64,000 nt of DNA from a candidate division WWE3 bacterium (GCA_052035175.1 JBPOHV010000001.1:297569-361568); one strand, 5' to 3'. Shown: positions 27,872 through 40,180, numbered from the stretch's first letter. Notes: generated by a model from the sequence alone, not told the origin. Numbers and translations are program-made.

Positions 27872-30800
27872 ATGAAAAATCTTAGTGATTTAAAAGACTT
27901 TGACGGTATTAAAATATATTTGGCTTCTAGTGAAGAGATGCTAGCCTGGTCTCAAGGTAGAATAGATAAGCCAGAAACAATTAATTACAGAACATTCAAA
28001 CCCGAAAGAAACGGTTTGTTTGATGAAAGAATATTTGGACCTGTTAAAAATTTCCAATGTTATTGCGGCAAATACAAAGGTATTCGCTACAAAGGCGTTA
28101 CTTGCGATAAATGCGGTGTTGAAGTTATACACTCTAGAGTTAGAAGAGAGCGTATGGGGCACATTTTACTTGCTTCTCCTGTAGCTCACGTATGGTTCTT
28201 TAGAGGAATTCCTTCTAAGATGGCAATACTTTTGGGACTTACACCACGCAGTGTCGAGTCTATAATCTATTTCTCATCATTTATAGTTACATCTTTGGAT
28301 GGTACTAATAGAGCTAAGGCTTTGGATAAGGTAACAGCCGATTATAATAATTCAAAAGCAAATGTAGAAAAAGAAGTACAATCTCGCGTACACGATCTTG
28401 AAACTGAACTCAAAAATTTACCAAAACAAGATGAGTTAAAAAGCCAAGAAGCAGAGCTTAAACTTAGACAACAAATCCAAAAAGTTACCAGCTCTTTTGA
28501 AAAAAGATTTGAAGAGGTAGAAAGAAATTACACTTTAATTCAAAAGAAAATTGAAGGCATAGAGCTTTATTCAGTTATTTCAGAAGCTGAGTACACTACA
28601 TTTGGTAATTACTTAGAAGAATTTTGTACACTAGAAATTGGTGCCGAAGCAATGCAAAATGTTTTGGAAGCAATGGATTTGAGCGCACTTTCAAAAGAAT
28701 TGCGCGATGAAATGAACAATTCAAAAGGTCAAAAAGCTTCTAAATTAGCAAGACGCCTTAAAGTTGTCGAACAATTTAGACGCGCTTCTCTCAATCCATC
28801 ACGCATGATTATGTCGGTAATCCCGGTTATTCCACCCGACCTTAGACCAATCGTTCAATTGGATGGTGGAAGATTTGCAAGTTCAGATTTGAACGAACTT
28901 TACAGAAGACTTATTAATAGAAATAATCGTTTGGCAAAATTGCTAGAGCTTGGTGCTCCTTCGATTATTGTTCGTAATGAAAAACGCATGTTACAAGAAG
29001 CTGTAGATGCCTTGTTTGATTCTTCTAAACAAAAAAGAAAAACACGTGTAACCCGAGGTAAAAAACAATTGCGATCTATTACAGATATGATCAAGGGTAA
29101 ACAAGGTATATTCAGACTTAACTTATTGGGTAAGCGCGTCGACTACTCTGGTAGAGCCGTCATTATCAATGGACCAAAATTAAGATTGCACGAATGCGGT
29201 TTACCAAAAGAAATAGCTTTGGAATTATTTAAACCATTAGTTTTGAGAGAAGTTATGAGCCGTGGTTATGCACCAAATGTAAAAAGTGCAAAGCATTACT
29301 TAGAAGCTCGTTCCTCAGAAGTATGGGAAATTTTGGAAGAGTTAGTCGCTGATCATCCAGTACTTTTGAACAGAGCCCCAACACTTTGGAGACTTGGTAT
29401 TCAAGCATTTTATCCAAAATTAGTAGAAGGTAATTCTATAAGACTTCATCCTTGCGTATGCTCTGGTTTTAATGCTGACTTTGATGGAGATCAAATGGCT
29501 GTACATATACCATTGTCTGAAGACGCGATACAAGAAGCAAAAGATATAATGCTTTCTACAAAGAACTTACTAAGCCCAGCCGATGGTGCTCCAAAATCTA
29601 TACCTTTGAAAACAATGTTGTTTGGTACTTATTACATGACTTCAGTTGCTACTAACTTACCAGTTCACGCAACAACATTTGCAAGCAAACAAGAAATATT
29701 ATTTGCATACGATTCAAAAGTATTAGACCTCAGACAACTTGCAAAAGTTAGATTAAATGGAGAAATTATCGAAACAACACCAGGTCGAATATTGTTTAAT
29801 GCAATTCTTCCTCAAGGTTTTAGTTATGTGAACAAAGCCGTTGATAAAGGTGCAGTAAAATCACTTCTTACCATGGCATTTGATACTCTTCCAAGCGAAG
29901 AAGTTGCAAAACTTATCGATCATATTAAAGATCTCGGTTTTACATACGGTACTATTTGCGGACAATCAGTTTCACTTTTTGATATTCAAGTACCAGCACA
30001 ACGTGCTGTATTGATTGAAGAAGGTAGAAATCTGGTTATAGAAGTAAACAAAAACTACAGACGTGGTTTGATTACAGAAAAAGAAGTAAAGAAGCAAATC
30101 GAAGATATTTGGAGAAAAGTTATTGATCAAACAAAAGATGCAGTTTGGGATAATTTGGCTGAGGATAATCCGGTCAAAGTTTTGGTCGCATCTGGTTCAA
30201 CACGTGCTTCCAAAGATAATATTAGACAAGTAGCTGGTATGAAGGGTCTTGTTGCAAGTGCAGCAGGAGAAACAGTCCAAATGCCTATACTTGGTAATTA
30301 CAAATCTGGTCTTTCTGCACTCGAATATTTCGTAGGTGCTAAAGGAGCTAGAAAAGGTTTGATCGACAAAGGTTTGAAAACAGCAGATGCAGGTTATCTT
30401 ACAAGAAGATTAGTCGATGTTGCTCAAGATATATTGGTAAGAGAAGAAGATTGCGGTACAGAACACGGTAGAACAGTGCATAGATCAGATACAACAGTAT
30501 TAGCAAACTTTGGAGATCGTTTATTGGGAAGATACTTAGCTGAAGATTTAGTTGTAAAAGGTAAAACTTTGGCTACACGCAATACTTTGATCGATAAAGC
30601 TATGGTAAAAGAATTTGTTACAAATGAAGATATTCAAAAGGTAGTGGTTAGATCTCCAATGAATTGTGAAACACCAAGAGGCATTTGTATTAAATGCTAC
30701 GGTACAGACATGATGACAAGCAAGCCTATAAATCTAGGCTTGGCAGTAGGTATTCCAGCAGCTCAAGCTATTGGTCAACCTGGTGCTCAGCTCACATTAA

Positions 30801-31546
30801 ATGTCTTCCATACCGGTGGTATTGCTGCCAAAGACATCACTCAAGGTCTTCCAAGGGTAGAAGAATTGGTAGAGGCTAGAACACCAAAATTCTTGGCTGT
30901 TATGAGCGAGTTAGACGGTAAGGTTTTGATTTCTCAATCTGGGGATGAGCGCAAGATCACAGTCGTGTCTGAAGATCCTAATGTAGACGTGAAAAGCGTT
31001 GAATATATGATCGATGCATTGAGCGAAATCATAGTAAGAGATGGAGATTTAGTACAAAAAGGTGATCGTTTAACTTCTGGAAATCTTGATTTATCTGACT
31101 TGTTTAGTATTGCAGGAGCAGATAAAGCTCGCAGATATGTTTTGGAAGAGATCCAAAAAGTTTATGCGTCACAAGGCGAGTTAATTAATGACAAGCATCT
31201 AGAAGTTATCATTAGCAAAATGTTTAATCACGTTGTGATTGAAGACGCTGGTGACACAACTTATATGGCAGCAGAATTAGCAACAAAATCAGCTTTCAAA
31301 GAGGAAAATGATAGAGTTATGGCAGAAGGTGGTCAACCAGCTACAGCTAAACTCACATTGCTTGGTATTACCAAAGCAGCTTTGAATACAGATAGTTTCT
31401 TGGCAGCTGCTTCGTTTATTCAAACAAGCAATGTGTTGACCGAGGCTGCAGCGTCTGGTAAAGTCGATTCGCTATACGGTCTCAAAGAAAACGTTATTAT
31501 TGGTAAATTAATACCAACTGGAGTCGAAGCGGTTTCAAAGAGTTAA
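27872..31546 (+). CDS. rpoC: DNA-directed RNA polymerase subunit beta'
   Basis: Zinc finger C-x2-C...C-x2-C, NADFDGDQM catalytic loop, and trigger-loop region. 1224 aa. Confidence 0.95.
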   Translation: MKNLSDLKDFDGIKIYLASSEEMLAWSQGRIDKPETINYRTFKPERNGLFDERIFGPVKNFQCYCGKYKGIRYKGVTCDKCGVEVIHSRVRRERMGHILLASPVAHVWFFRGIPSKMAILLGLTPRSVESIIYFSSFIVTSLDGTNRAKALDKVTADYNNSKANVEKEVQSRVHDLETELKNLPKQDELKSQEAELKLRQQIQKVTSSFEKRFEEVERNYTLIQKKIEGIELYSVISEAEYTTFGNYLEEFCTLEIGAEAMQNVLEAMDLSALSKELRDEMNNSKGQKASKLARRLKVVEQFRRASLNPSRMIMSVIPVIPPDLRPIVQLDGGRFASSDLNELYRRLINRNNRLAKLLELGAPSIIVRNEKRMLQEAVDALFDSSKQKRKTRVTRGKKQLRSITDMIKGKQGIFRLNLLGKRVDYSGRAVIINGPKLRLHECGLPKEIALELFKPLVLREVMSRGYAPNVKSAKHYLEARSSEVWEILEELVADHPVLLNRAPTLWRLGIQAFYPKLVEGNSIRLHPCVCSGFNADFDGDQMAVHIPLSEDAIQEAKDIMLSTKNLLSPADGAPKSIPLKTMLFGTYYMTSVATNLPVHATTFASKQEILFAYDSKVLDLRQLAKVRLNGEIIETTPGRILFNAILPQGFSYVNKAVDKGAVKSLLTMAFDTLPSEEVAKLIDHIKDLGFTYGTICGQSVSLFDIQVPAQRAVLIEEGRNLVIEVNKNYRRGLITEKEVKKQIEDIWRKVIDQTKDAVWDNLAEDNPVKVLVASGSTRASKDNIRQVAGMKGLVASAAGETVQMPILGNYKSGLSALEYFVGAKGARKGLIDKGLKTADAGYLTRRLVDVAQDILVREEDCGTEHGRTVHRSDTTVLANFGDRLLGRYLAEDLVVKGKTLATRNTLIDKAMVKEFVTNEDIQKVVVRSPMNCETPRGICIKCYGTDMMTSKPINLGLAVGIPAAQAIGQPGAQLTLNVFHTGGIAAKDITQGLPRVEELVEARTPKFLAVMSELDGKVLISQSGDERKITVVSEDPNVDVKSVEYMIDALSEIIVRDGDLVQKGDRLTSGNLDLSDLFSIAGADKARRYVLEEIQKVYASQGELINDKHLEVIISKMFNHVVIEDAGDTTYMAAELATKSAFKEENDRVMAEGGQPATAKLTLLGITKAALNTDSFLAAASFIQTSNVLTEAAASGKVDSLYGLKENVIIGKLIPTGVEAVSKS

Positions 31547-31564
31547 CGTATATAAAAGGATATT

Positions 31565-31981
31565 ATGCCAACAGTAAACCAATTAGTTAGAAAAGGTAGA
31601 AAAAACAAAGTTAAAAAGGCTAGAACCCCAGCGTTGAAGGAGTCTTTTAATACACTAAAACGCAAAGTTATTTCTGTTAATAGCCCATTTAAGAAAGCAG
31701 TATGCCTTGTAGTTAAAACTCAAACACCAAAGAAACCAAACTCTGCACTAAGAAAGGTTGCCAGAGTAAGACTTACAAATAAACGCGAAGTTACAGCATA
31801 TGTTCCTGGAGAAGGTCACAATATTCAAGAGCACTCTGTAGTAGTTGTGCGTGGTGGTAGAGTAAAAGATCTTCCTGGTATTAAATACACCTTAGTCAGA
31901 GGTACAAACGACCTTAAAGGCGTTGAAAATCGCAAAACATCTAGATCAATTTATGGAACTAAAAAGGTTAAAAAAGGATAA
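31565..31981 (+). CDS. rpsL: 30S ribosomal protein S12
   Basis: [12 protein letters not shown]...[11 protein letters not shown]. Confidence 0.95.
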   Translation: MPTVNQLVRKGRKNKVKKARTPALKESFNTLKRKVISVNSPFKKAVCLVVKTQTPKKPNSALRKVARVRLTNKREVTAYVPGEGHNIQEHSVVVVRGGRVKDLPGIKYTLVRGTNDLKGVENRKTSRSIYGTKKVKKG

Positions 31982-31987
31982 TAAATC

Positions 31988-32455
31988 ATGAGTAGAGGTA
32001 AACCAGCAAAAAAAAGAATTCAAGAACCAGATCAAGTTTATAAATCAAAAGTAGTTCAAAGAATGATAAACATAGTTATGTTAGACGGCCGTAAAGCTAC
32101 TGCTGAAAACATAGTTTATGGTGTTTTAGAAAAATTAAACGAAAATAAAAAAGAAGCTTTAAGAATATTTGAACAAGCTTTAAAAAATGTTATGCCAATG
32201 CAAGAAGTCCGCTCAAAAAGAGTTGGTGGTGCTACTTATCAAGTACCAATGCCAGTAAAGCATGAGAGATCAGAAGCTTTGGCAATAAGATGGGTTATCT
32301 CAGCTGCAAGAGGTAGATCTGGTAAACCAATGGTAGAAAGACTTTCACAAGAAGTTAATGACGCTTTCAATTCTACAGGCGCAGCTATGAAAAAAAGAGA
32401 TGAAGTTCACAAGATGGCAGAGGCAAATAAAGCCTTTTCACATTTTGCAAGGTAA
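31988..32455 (+). CDS. rpsG: 30S ribosomal protein S7
   Basis: S7 signature; part of the str operon order. Confidence 0.93.
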   Translation: MSRGKPAKKRIQEPDQVYKSKVVQRMINIVMLDGRKATAENIVYGVLEKLNENKKEALRIFEQALKNVMPMQEVRSKRVGGATYQVPMPVKHERSEALAIRWVISAARGRSGKPMVERLSQEVNDAFNSTGAAMKKRDEVHKMAEANKAFSHFAR

Positions 32456-32460
32456 TTTTT

Positions 32461-34551
32461 ATGTCTGATCAATCTACCCAAAAACAATATCCAATAGAAA
32501 AAGTACGCAACATTGGAATTATTGCTCATATCGATGCTGGTAAGACTACCACAACTGAAAGCATTTTATATTACACAGGTAAAACTCATAAAATAGGTGA
32601 AGTCCATGAAGGTAATACTCAAATGGATTGGATGGATCAAGAGAGAGAGCGCGGTATTACAATTACTGCCGCTGCTACAACTTGCTTTTGGAAAGACCAT
32701 CGCATCAATATAATTGATACTCCTGGACACGTCGATTTTACAGCCGAAGTAGAACGTTCTTTAAGAGTTCTAGACGGTGCAGTTGTTGTATTTGACGGTA
32801 AAATGGGAGTCGAGCCCCAATCAGAAACAGTTTGGAGACAAGCAAATAAATATAAAGTTCCCCGCATGTGCTTTATTAACAAAATCAATCAAATCGGTGG
32901 AGATTTTTATAAGAGTTTAGTTTCTGTAAATGCAAGATTAAGCCACAATGCTCATCCTATATTTTTACCAATTGGTTTTGAAAAAGATCTTCGTGGATGC
33001 GTAGATTTAGTCAGAATGAAAGCTTATACATATGCGGAATTCAAGCAAGACGACTTTGTAGTAGAAGATATACCCGCAGATATGCTCGAGAAATCAAAAG
33101 AATATAGAACAAAATTAATTGAAGCAGTAGCAGAATACGATGATAATGCTTTGGAAAAATATTTAAATGGCTCAGAACTTACAGAAGAAGAGTTATTAGT
33201 TTGTATAAGAAAAGCAACTTTGTCTGGTAAATTTTTCCCAGTTCTTACAGGTGATGGCCGAGGTATTGCAGCGAGATATGTATTAGATAGCGTTGTTTCA
33301 TATTTACCTTCTCCAAGAGATGGTGAAGGCGTTTCTGCAAAAAAAGTATCTAATGACGAGCACGTAACTGTAGATGAAAGTCCAGATGCACCATTTACAG
33401 CTTTGGCATTTAAAATACAATCAGATCCATATGTAGGAAGACTTACTTTTGTACGCGTGTATTCTGGTTCTATGACAGCTGGTTCTTATGTTTTGAATAC
33501 AACAAAAAATGTAAAAGAAAGAGTTGCTCGTATTTTGTTGATGCACGCAAACCACAGAGAAGAAATAAAAGAACTAAAAGCTGGTGAAATAGGCGCACTT
33601 ATTGGTTTGAGTGAAACTGTGACTGGTAATACCTTATGCGATGAAAGTAATCCTTTATATTTGGAAGCTATATCTTTTGCTGAGCCAGTTATTGGTCTTG
33701 TATTAGAGCCAAAAACCAAAGGTGATAGAGACAAAATGTCAGCGGCAATCAAGAGATTTTTAGACGAAGACCCAACTTTAAAGATGAAATACGATCCAGA
33801 AACTCAAGAAACTATTTTGTATGGTATGGGAGAGTTACATTTGGAAATTATTGTAGATAGAATGAAACGTGAGTTTAAAGTAGAAGTAAATACTGGTAAA
33901 CCTCAAGTAGCTTATCGAGAGGCTTTTGGTAAAAAAGTAGAAAAGATTGAAGGCAAATATATAAGACAATCTGGTGGTCGTGGTCAATACGGTCATGTAG
34001 TTATCAAAGCTGAACCACAAGAACGCGGTAAAGGTTATGAGTTTGTAAACGCAATAGTTGGTGGTTCTATTCCTAGAGAATATATCCCAGCTGTAGAAAA
34101 AGGCATTAAAGAATCATTAGAAAGTGGCGTTATTGCAGGTTATCCTGTTGTTGATGTAAAGATCACTTTGTTTGATGGTTCATTCCACGAAGTAGATTCT
34201 AACGAGCAAGCATTTAAAATGGCTGCTATTGAAGCCATGAGAGCTGCTCAAAGAGCATCAGATACATTTTTATTAGAACCAATTATGGATGTCGAAGTAA
34301 GCACGCCCGAAGACTTTATGGGAGATGTTATCGGTGGTTTATCTGGTAAAAGAGGCCGTATTGAAGGTACAGAAAGCCTTGGTAATGCTGTAGCAATAAA
34401 GGCAAAAGTTCCTTTATCAGAAATGTTTGGCTATGTAACAGAACTTAGAGGTTTAACCCAAGGTAGAGCTTCTTTTAGTATGGAGCCTTCTCATTATCAA
34501 GAAGTACCTGGCAACCTGGCGGAAGCCATCTCTGCAGGTAAAAAGTCTTGA
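32461..34551 (+). CDS. fusA: elongation factor G
   Basis: [10 protein letters not shown]1 motif, DTPGHVDF, and five-domain length. Confidence 0.95.
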   Translation: MSDQSTQKQYPIEKVRNIGIIAHIDAGKTTTTESILYYTGKTHKIGEVHEGNTQMDWMDQERERGITITAAATTCFWKDHRINIIDTPGHVDFTAEVERSLRVLDGAVVVFDGKMGVEPQSETVWRQANKYKVPRMCFINKINQIGGDFYKSLVSVNARLSHNAHPIFLPIGFEKDLRGCVDLVRMKAYTYAEFKQDDFVVEDIPADMLEKSKEYRTKLIEAVAEYDDNALEKYLNGSELTEEELLVCIRKATLSGKFFPVLTGDGRGIAARYVLDSVVSYLPSPRDGEGVSAKKVSNDEHVTVDESPDAPFTALAFKIQSDPYVGRLTFVRVYSGSMTAGSYVLNTTKNVKERVARILLMHANHREEIKELKAGEIGALIGLSETVTGNTLCDESNPLYLEAISFAEPVIGLVLEPKTKGDRDKMSAAIKRFLDEDPTLKMKYDPETQETILYGMGELHLEIIVDRMKREFKVEVNTGKPQVAYREAFGKKVEKIEGKYIRQSGGRGQYGHVVIKAEPQERGKGYEFVNAIVGGSIPREYIPAVEKGIKESLESGVIAGYPVVDVKITLFDGSFHEVDSNEQAFKMAAIEAMRAAQRASDTFLLEPIMDVEVSTPEDFMGDVIGGLSGKRGRIEGTESLGNAVAIKAKVPLSEMFGYVTELRGLTQGRASFSMEPSHYQEVPGNLAEAISAGKKS

Positions 34552-34557
34552 TTTTGT

Positions 34558-34566
34558 TGCTATAAT
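34558..34566 (+). promoter_or_regulatory. extended -10 promoter element (TGcTATAAT) in the fusA-tuf spacer
   Basis: tgctataat read directly from the sequence 90 nt upstream of tuf. No good -35 box. Confidence 0.35.
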
Positions 34567-34657
34567 CTGGTTAACTAACACCTGCCGAGCCACTGTCTTC
34601 ATTGGTTTGGTAATTAGTATAAAAGTATAAAAAAAGTTTTTTGAAAGGTATATAAAA

Positions 34658-35848
34658 ATGGCAGATGCTAATAACGTTTATAAAAGAGAAAAGCCACATC
34701 TTAATGTAGGTACTATTGGTCACGTAGATCATGGTAAAACAACATTAACTGCGGCTATTACAAAAGTTCTATCCGATATGGGTATGGCAAAAGCTATGGC
34801 TTTTGATCAGATCGACAAGTCCCCAGAAGAAAAAGCTAGAGGTATTACAATTAACATTACTCACGTAGAGTATGAAACAGCCAATAGACACTATGCACAT
34901 ATTGATGCTCCAGGTCATGCTGACTACATCAAAAACATGATCACCGGTGCAGCTCAAATGGATGGCGCTATTTTGGTAGTTTCCGCTCCAGATGGTCCAA
35001 TGCCTCAAACAAGAGAGCATATCTTATTGGCCAAACAAGTTAATGTTCCAGCAATGGTAGTTTTCATGAATAAAACCGATATGGTACAAGATGCAGAAAT
35101 CTTGGAATTAGTAGAATTAGAAGTAAGAGAACTTTTGACAAAGTATGGCTTCCCAGGAGATGAAATTCCTGTAATCAAAGGCTCTGCGTTAAAAGCATTA
35201 GAAGGTGACGCAGCTGCTGCAGAGCAAATCAAAGAATTGATGGCTGCTGTTGATAGTTATATTCCTACACCAGTAAGAGACTTGGATAAACCTTTCTTAA
35301 TGCCTATAGAAGACGTTTTCTCTATCAAAGGTAGAGGAACTGTTGCAACAGGTAGAATCGAAAGAGGTAAAGTTAAAGTCGGTGAAGAAATAGAAATCGT
35401 AGGTATTAAAGCAACACAAAAGTCAGTAGTCACTGGCGTAGAAATGTTTAAGAAAACACTAGAAGACGGTCAAGCCGGAGACAATGTAGGTATATTGTTG
35501 AGAGGTGTTGAACGCGATGATATAGAAAGAGGTCAAGTTTTGGTGAAAACTGGAAGTGTCAAAGCTCACACAGAATTTGAAGCACAAGTTTACATTCTTT
35601 CAAAAGAAGAAGGTGGTAGACACAAGCACTTCTTTACAGGTTACAGACCACAATTTTACATCAGAACTACAGACGTAACCGGTGAAGTAACTCTTCCACA
35701 AGGTGTAGAGATGGTAATGCCAGGCGATAATACTGTATTGACAGTTAAGCTCATTACCCCAATCGCTATGGAAGAAGGTATGAGATTTGCTATTAGAGAA
35801 GGTGGACACACAGTAGGTGCTGGTGCAATCACAAAGATTCTAGCGTAA
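34658..35848 (+). CDS. tuf: elongation factor Tu
   Basis: [18 protein letters not shown] and NKTD motifs. Confidence 0.96.
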   Translation: MADANNVYKREKPHLNVGTIGHVDHGKTTLTAAITKVLSDMGMAKAMAFDQIDKSPEEKARGITINITHVEYETANRHYAHIDAPGHADYIKNMITGAAQMDGAILVVSAPDGPMPQTREHILLAKQVNVPAMVVFMNKTDMVQDAEILELVELEVRELLTKYGFPGDEIPVIKGSALKALEGDAAAAEQIKELMAAVDSYIPTPVRDLDKPFLMPIEDVFSIKGRGTVATGRIERGKVKVGEEIEIVGIKATQKSVVTGVEMFKKTLEDGQAGDNVGILLRGVERDDIERGQVLVKTGSVKAHTEFEAQVYILSKEEGGRHKHFFTGYRPQFYIRTTDVTGEVTLPQGVEMVMPGDNTVLTVKLITPIAMEEGMRFAIREGGHTVGAGAITKILA

Positions 35849-35861
35849 AAGCAATTGAGTC

Positions 35862-35890
35862 GAGCCCCGCTTAGGCGGGGCTCGTTTTAT
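35862..35890 (+). terminator. rho-independent terminator after tuf
   Basis: gagccccgc-ttag-gcggggctc stem-loop followed by gttttat. Confidence 0.7.
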
Positions 35891-35892
35891 CT

Positions 35893-36213
35893 ATGACAAA
35901 AGAGAAAAAAGAGTCAAAAATAAGAATAAAGTTAAATGCATATGACAGTAGAATTATTGACCTTAGTTGTGCTAAGATCGTCGATACTGCCATTAGAACA
36001 GGTGCAAAAATAGTAGGTCCAGTACCTCTACCAACTAGAATCGAAAGATTTACAGTTATAAGAGGTCCACATATTGACAAAAGATCTAGAGAGCAATTTG
36101 AACTAAAAACTCATAAACGAGTTATAGATCTTTTGGAGCCAACTAGTTCTACGATAGACAGTTTGTCTCATCTGAACTTACCTGCCGGTGTCGATATTTC
36201 GATAAAGATGTGA
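35893..36213 (+). CDS. rpsJ: 30S ribosomal protein S10
   Basis: [39 protein letters not shown]. Confidence 0.95.
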   Translation: MTKEKKESKIRIKLNAYDSRIIDLSCAKIVDTAIRTGAKIVGPVPLPTRIERFTVIRGPHIDKRSREQFELKTHKRVIDLLEPTSSTIDSLSHLNLPAGVDISIKM

Positions 36214-36315
36214 TTAAATTGACGAGCTTTTTTAAAACAACATAGTAAAAGTGACAAGGTAGGTACATTGTATGTGCGCCTTTGGGCGCTTTTTTGTTGC
36301 AAAGATAAAATGTAT

Positions 36316-36750
36316 ATGACAGATACTAATGTAATAAAAGGAACAAAATTGAATATGAGCCAATTGTTTTTGGATAGCGGTAAAGTTGTTCCTGTGACAA
36401 TAGTTCAGGTAGAAACTGAATTGGATGCTTCTTTGGAAGGTAGCAATGTTACTATTGTTGGTACTTCAAAAGGTAAGGGTTTTACAGGTGTTATGAAAAA
36501 ATGGGGTTTTCGTGGGGGTTCAAGCACACGTGGTCAATCAAATAAGCCTAGAGCTGCAGGTTCTATTGGTGCACAAACTCCAGGTAGAGTTTTTAAAGGT
36601 AAGAAAATGGCCGGAAGACATGGTAATAAGCGTATTACTATAAAAGGATTACAAATACTTAAAGTTACTAATGATACAAAGAGTTTAATGGTGTCTGGGC
36701 CAATTCCTGGTGCAAGACATTCGAAAGTTCAGATAACTGTACAAAAATGA
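36316..36750 (+). CDS. rplC: 50S ribosomal protein L3 (short form; start chosen at MTDTNVIKG, track start 36268)
   Basis: IKGTKLNMSQLF resembles the L3 N-terminus, and GRHGNKRITIKGL...SGPIPG is the C-terminal signature. Confidence 0.85.
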   Translation: MTDTNVIKGTKLNMSQLFLDSGKVVPVTIVQVETELDASLEGSNVTIVGTSKGKGFTGVMKKWGFRGGSSTRGQSNKPRAAGSIGAQTPGRVFKGKKMAGRHGNKRITIKGLQILKVTNDTKSLMVSGPIPGARHSKVQITVQK

Positions 36751-36772
36751 ATGAGGTTTTCAGGAGAATAAA

Positions 36773-37393
36773 ATGAAAATTGACGTTATAGACATAAAAG
36801 GAAAAAAAATAGAACAATTAGACTTAGCCGATGCGGTCTTCAAAATAGTTCCTAATACTACTGCAATCTCACATTATGTACGAGTTTATCTCGCAAACCA
36901 GCGCCAAGGAACTTCTTCAACAAAGACACGAGGCGACGTTTCTGGTGGTGGTAAAAAACCTTGGGCACAAAAAGGTACTGGCAACGCTAGAGCAGGCTCA
37001 ACAAGAAGTCCTGTATGGCGTCATGGCGGTATTTCTCACGGCCCAAAACCTCGAAGTTGGAAATTGTCATTGTCTCAGGCTATAAAAGCTTTGGCCTTGA
37101 AGTCAGCATTGTCTTATAAATTTTCTAATGATGCCGTTTTGGTGGTTGATTCCTTTGATCTTAAATCACCAAAAACCAAAGCTGTTACTCAAATTTTAAC
37201 CGATTTAAATATTTCAGGTAAGTCTCTTATTGTTACAAAAGATTACGATAAAACTCTTTTAATGAGTTCAGCGAATTTACCAAAAGTAAAGATGTCGTTT
37301 CTTGGTACTTTAAATGCCTATGAAGTGTTGAATGCACCAAAAATAATTTTTACAAAAGACGCAGTAGTAGGATTTGAGGAGAAATACAAATGA
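36773..37393 (+). CDS. rplD: 50S ribosomal protein L4
   Basis: KPWAQKGTGNARAGSTRSPVWRHGG. Confidence 0.93.
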   Translation: MKIDVIDIKGKKIEQLDLADAVFKIVPNTTAISHYVRVYLANQRQGTSSTKTRGDVSGGGKKPWAQKGTGNARAGSTRSPVWRHGGISHGPKPRSWKLSLSQAIKALALKSALSYKFSNDAVLVVDSFDLKSPKTKAVTQILTDLNISGKSLIVTKDYDKTLLMSSANLPKVKMSFLGTLNAYEVLNAPKIIFTKDAVVGFEEKYK

Positions 37394-37680
37394 TCATATC
37401 TAAGCATATTAAAAAACCAATAGTTACTGAAAAAAGCGTGTCAGCAGCAACTGGAGGTAAATACATTTTTAAAGTAGGTATGACAGCTAATAAGCATCAA
37501 ATAAGACTGGCAGTTGAAAAATTGTTTGATGTAGATGTTTTAAAAATCAATAGCATGGTTATTCCAGGTAAGAAAAGACGCATAAGGGGTAGCAGACAAT
37601 TTACTAAGACACCTATGTGGAAGAAAGTTGTAGTTCAATTAAAATCAGGTCAAAAAATTGATATAGGAGCTACAGAATAA
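37390..37680 (+). CDS. rplW: 50S ribosomal protein L23
   Basis: PIVTEKSVSAATGGKYIFKV. Confidence 0.92.
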   Translation: MIISKHIKKPIVTEKSVSAATGGKYIFKVGMTANKHQIRLAVEKLFDVDVLKINSMVIPGKKRRIRGSRQFTKTPMWKKVVVQLKSGQKIDIGATE

Positions 37681-37681
37681 T

Positions 37682-38506
37682 ATGTTGAGAACTTATAAAC
37701 CTACAACTCCAAGCAGAAGATCAAAGAAGACATTAGTACAAGATGTTTCAAAAGCACGTCCTTTGAAATCATTAATTACACCTTTGAATGGCCCATCTGG
37801 TAGAAGTAATGGTCGTATATCAACTCGCCACAGACAGAGAGGTACAAAGAAATTTTATAGAATTATTGATTTCAAAAGAAATAAACAAAATATACCGGCA
37901 AAAGTAGCTGCTTTGGAATATGATCCAAATAGAAACGTTTCAATTGCGCTTTTACACTATGTAGACGGTGAAAAAAGATATATTTTAGCTCCAGAAGGTT
38001 TAAAAGCAGGTATGACAGTTGTGTCTGGTGCAGCAGTTGAGCCTATTGTAGGTAATACTTTACCTTTAGGTAACATTCCTATGGGTACGTTTGTTCACAA
38101 TATAGAGCTTAATCCAGGTGGTGGTGGCGTAATGGCTCGTTCCGCCGGATCTAGCGCGCAATTATTAGCAAAAGAAGGCAGTTATGTATCGTTGAAATTA
38201 CCAAGCGGCGAATTTAAAAAAGTTTTGGCTACTTGTGTAGCTACAATCGGTGTGTTGGGTAATGAGCAATACAGAAACATAAGACTTGGCAAAGCTGGAA
38301 TTAACAGGTATAAAGGAGTACGACCATCAGTTCGTGGTGTCGCTATGGCGAACCCAAGCGACCACCCACACGCTGGTTCTTACCGAGATAACGGTATTGG
38401 TCAAAAGTATCCAAAATCCCCATGGGGCTGGAATACAAGAGGTGTTAAGACTAGAAAGAGAAATCATACTGGTCACACAATAATTAAAGACAGGAGAAAG
38501 AAATAA
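37682..38506 (+). CDS. rplB: 50S ribosomal protein L2
   Basis: GRNxxGRITxRHRGGG-like core and C-terminal [12 protein letters not shown]. Confidence 0.95.
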   Translation: MLRTYKPTTPSRRSKKTLVQDVSKARPLKSLITPLNGPSGRSNGRISTRHRQRGTKKFYRIIDFKRNKQNIPAKVAALEYDPNRNVSIALLHYVDGEKRYILAPEGLKAGMTVVSGAAVEPIVGNTLPLGNIPMGTFVHNIELNPGGGGVMARSAGSSAQLLAKEGSYVSLKLPSGEFKKVLATCVATIGVLGNEQYRNIRLGKAGINRYKGVRPSVRGVAMANPSDHPHAGSYRDNGIGQKYPKSPWGWNTRGVKTRKRNHTGHTIIKDRRKK

Positions 38507-38775
38507 TGTCTAGATCACTAAAAAAAGGTATATATACTGATGAAAAGTTAATAAAAAAAGTCCAAGTTGCCAAAGATACCAAAGCAACAAAGCCTATAAA
38601 GACTTGGTCACGCCGTTCTACGATTGTGCCAGACATGGTAGGTATCACTTTTGAAGTTCATAACGGTAAAATTCATATACCTGTTTATGTAACTGAATCA
38701 ATGGTAGGTCATAAATTAGGCGAATTTGCTCCTACAAGAGTATTTAGAGGGCATTCGTCAAAGAAATCTGCATAA
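38506..38775 (+). CDS. rpsS: 30S ribosomal protein S19
   Basis: [12 protein letters not shown]...[27 protein letters not shown]. Confidence 0.95.
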   Translation: MSRSLKKGIYTDEKLIKKVQVAKDTKATKPIKTWSRRSTIVPDMVGITFEVHNGKIHIPVYVTESMVGHKLGEFAPTRVFRGHSSKKSA

Positions 38776-38778
38776 CAT

Positions 38779-39141
38779 ATGTTTAAAAAGTCTATAGTAC
38801 AAGCTTCATATACAAATGCTCGAATCTCACCAAAGAAAGTTGCACCAGTTATGGATTTGGTGCGTGGCATGTCTTTGCATCAAGCTAAGTTAAGCTTAGC
38901 CTTTCAACCTTCAAAAGCCGGTCAATTGATTCTCAAAGTATTACGTTCTGCAGAAGCCAATGCTCGAAACAATTTCAAACTTGACGCTTCTAGACTATTT
39001 GTTTCTGAGCTCTGGGTGTCTGGTGGTAAAGTAGCAAAATGGGGACAACCGGTTGCACGTGGTAGATTTAACCCACTTTTAAAAAGATCAAGTCATATAT
39101 ATGTAGGTTTAAATGAGAAATCAAATGGAGGGTCTAATTAA
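38779..39141 (+). CDS. rplV: 50S ribosomal protein L22
   Basis: L22 fold signature. Confidence 0.9.
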   Translation: MFKKSIVQASYTNARISPKKVAPVMDLVRGMSLHQAKLSLAFQPSKAGQLILKVLRSAEANARNNFKLDASRLFVSELWVSGGKVAKWGQPVARGRFNPLLKRSSHIYVGLNEKSNGGSN

Positions 39142-39770
39142 TGAGTCATAGAATTCACCCATACGGTTTTAGGTTGGGAATAACAAAAGATTGGATATCT
39201 CGCTGGTATGCTGATAAAAAAACTTATCCAGACCTTGTTCTTGAGGATGAGAGAATAAGAAAATTCTTGACCAAAAAACTTGATATGGCAGGGGTAGAGT
39301 CTATCAATATTGAACGTTCTGTCAACTCCGTAGATATTTATATAAGAGTATCAAAACCAGGCGTTGTTATAGGTCGAGACGGTGGTGGTGTAGAAGCTTT
39401 GGAAAAAGAACTAAAGAAAATTACTACCTCAAAGCTCCGAATTACTGCAGAAGCCGTAAAAGTCCGTGAAATAGAAGCACAATTAGTTGCTGATTATATA
39501 GCTAGACAACTTCAAAGACGCGTTAATTTTAGAAAAGCAGCTATGTATGCAGTAGAATCTGCAATGTCAAAAGGTGCAAAAGGTGTAAAAGTACGACTTT
39601 CTGGTGTTTTGGGTGGTGGTAATACAATCGGTCGTACAGAAAAATTTACTAGAGGTGCAGTTCCTTTACAAACACTTAGAGCCAATATTGATTATGCACA
39701 AGTACATTGTCAATTGTTGTATGGTGTAGTTGGTGTTAAAGTCTGGATTTATAAAGGGGAGAATAAATAA
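39141..39770 (+). CDS. rpsC: 30S ribosomal protein S3
   Basis: KH domain plus the S3 C-terminal domain. Confidence 0.93.
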   Translation: MSHRIHPYGFRLGITKDWISRWYADKKTYPDLVLEDERIRKFLTKKLDMAGVESINIERSVNSVDIYIRVSKPGVVIGRDGGGVEALEKELKKITTSKLRITAEAVKVREIEAQLVADYIARQLQRRVNFRKAAMYAVESAMSKGAKGVKVRLSGVLGGGNTIGRTEKFTRGAVPLQTLRANIDYAQVHCQLLYGVVGVKVWIYKGENK

Positions 39771-39772
39771 TT

Positions 39773-40180
39773 ATGTTATTACCTAAAAAAGTAAAATTTA
39801 GAAAGCAGCAACGTGGTAATAACAAAGGTATTGCAGTTCGCGGTAGTTCTATAGCTTTTGGTGAATTCGCACTCAAAGCTATGGATAGATGTCTTATTAC
39901 ATCTCGCCAAATAGAGTCTGCAAGAAAAGCTATTTCTCATCAGACAAAAAGAGGTGGAAGGCTTTGGATTAGAATCTTCCCCGATAAGCCTATTGCAAAG
40001 AAAGCACCTGAAACAAGAATGGGAAGCGGAAAAGCTCCAACAGATCATTATGCAGCTGTTATAAAGCCTGGTAAGATCATATTTGAACTGGCCGGCGTCA
40101 CAGAAGAAACAGCTAGAGCTGCATTTTCTAGAGCTGCTGATAAGTTGCCAGTAAAAACTAGGTTTTTGATTAAAGAATAA
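39773..40180 (+). CDS. rplP: 50S ribosomal protein L16
   Basis: [15 protein letters not shown]. Confidence 0.95.
   Translation: MLLPKKVKFRKQQRGNNKGIAVRGSSIAFGEFALKAMDRCLITSRQIESARKAISHQTKRGGRLWIRIFPDKPIAKKAPETRMGSGKAPTDHYAAVIKPGKIIFELAGVTEETARAAFSRAADKLPVKTRFLIKE

Noticed and set aside
24979-28162. Several 60-90-aa minus-strand ORFs inside rpoB and rpoC (for example 24979-25179, 25040-25255, 25961-26230, 27941-28162)
   Set aside because: They are antisense to highly conserved, confidently identified genes, have low-complexity translations, and have no start or RBS context. They are typical spurious ORFs in AT-rich DNA.
36214-36315. The upstream ATG starts of rplC (36268), rpsI (5761), rplF (42471), secA (12807) and serS (9492) given by the ORF track
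   Set aside because: Alignment of N-termini to the conserved family starts indicates the internal starts are correct. The longer ORFs are artefacts of the ATG-first convention.
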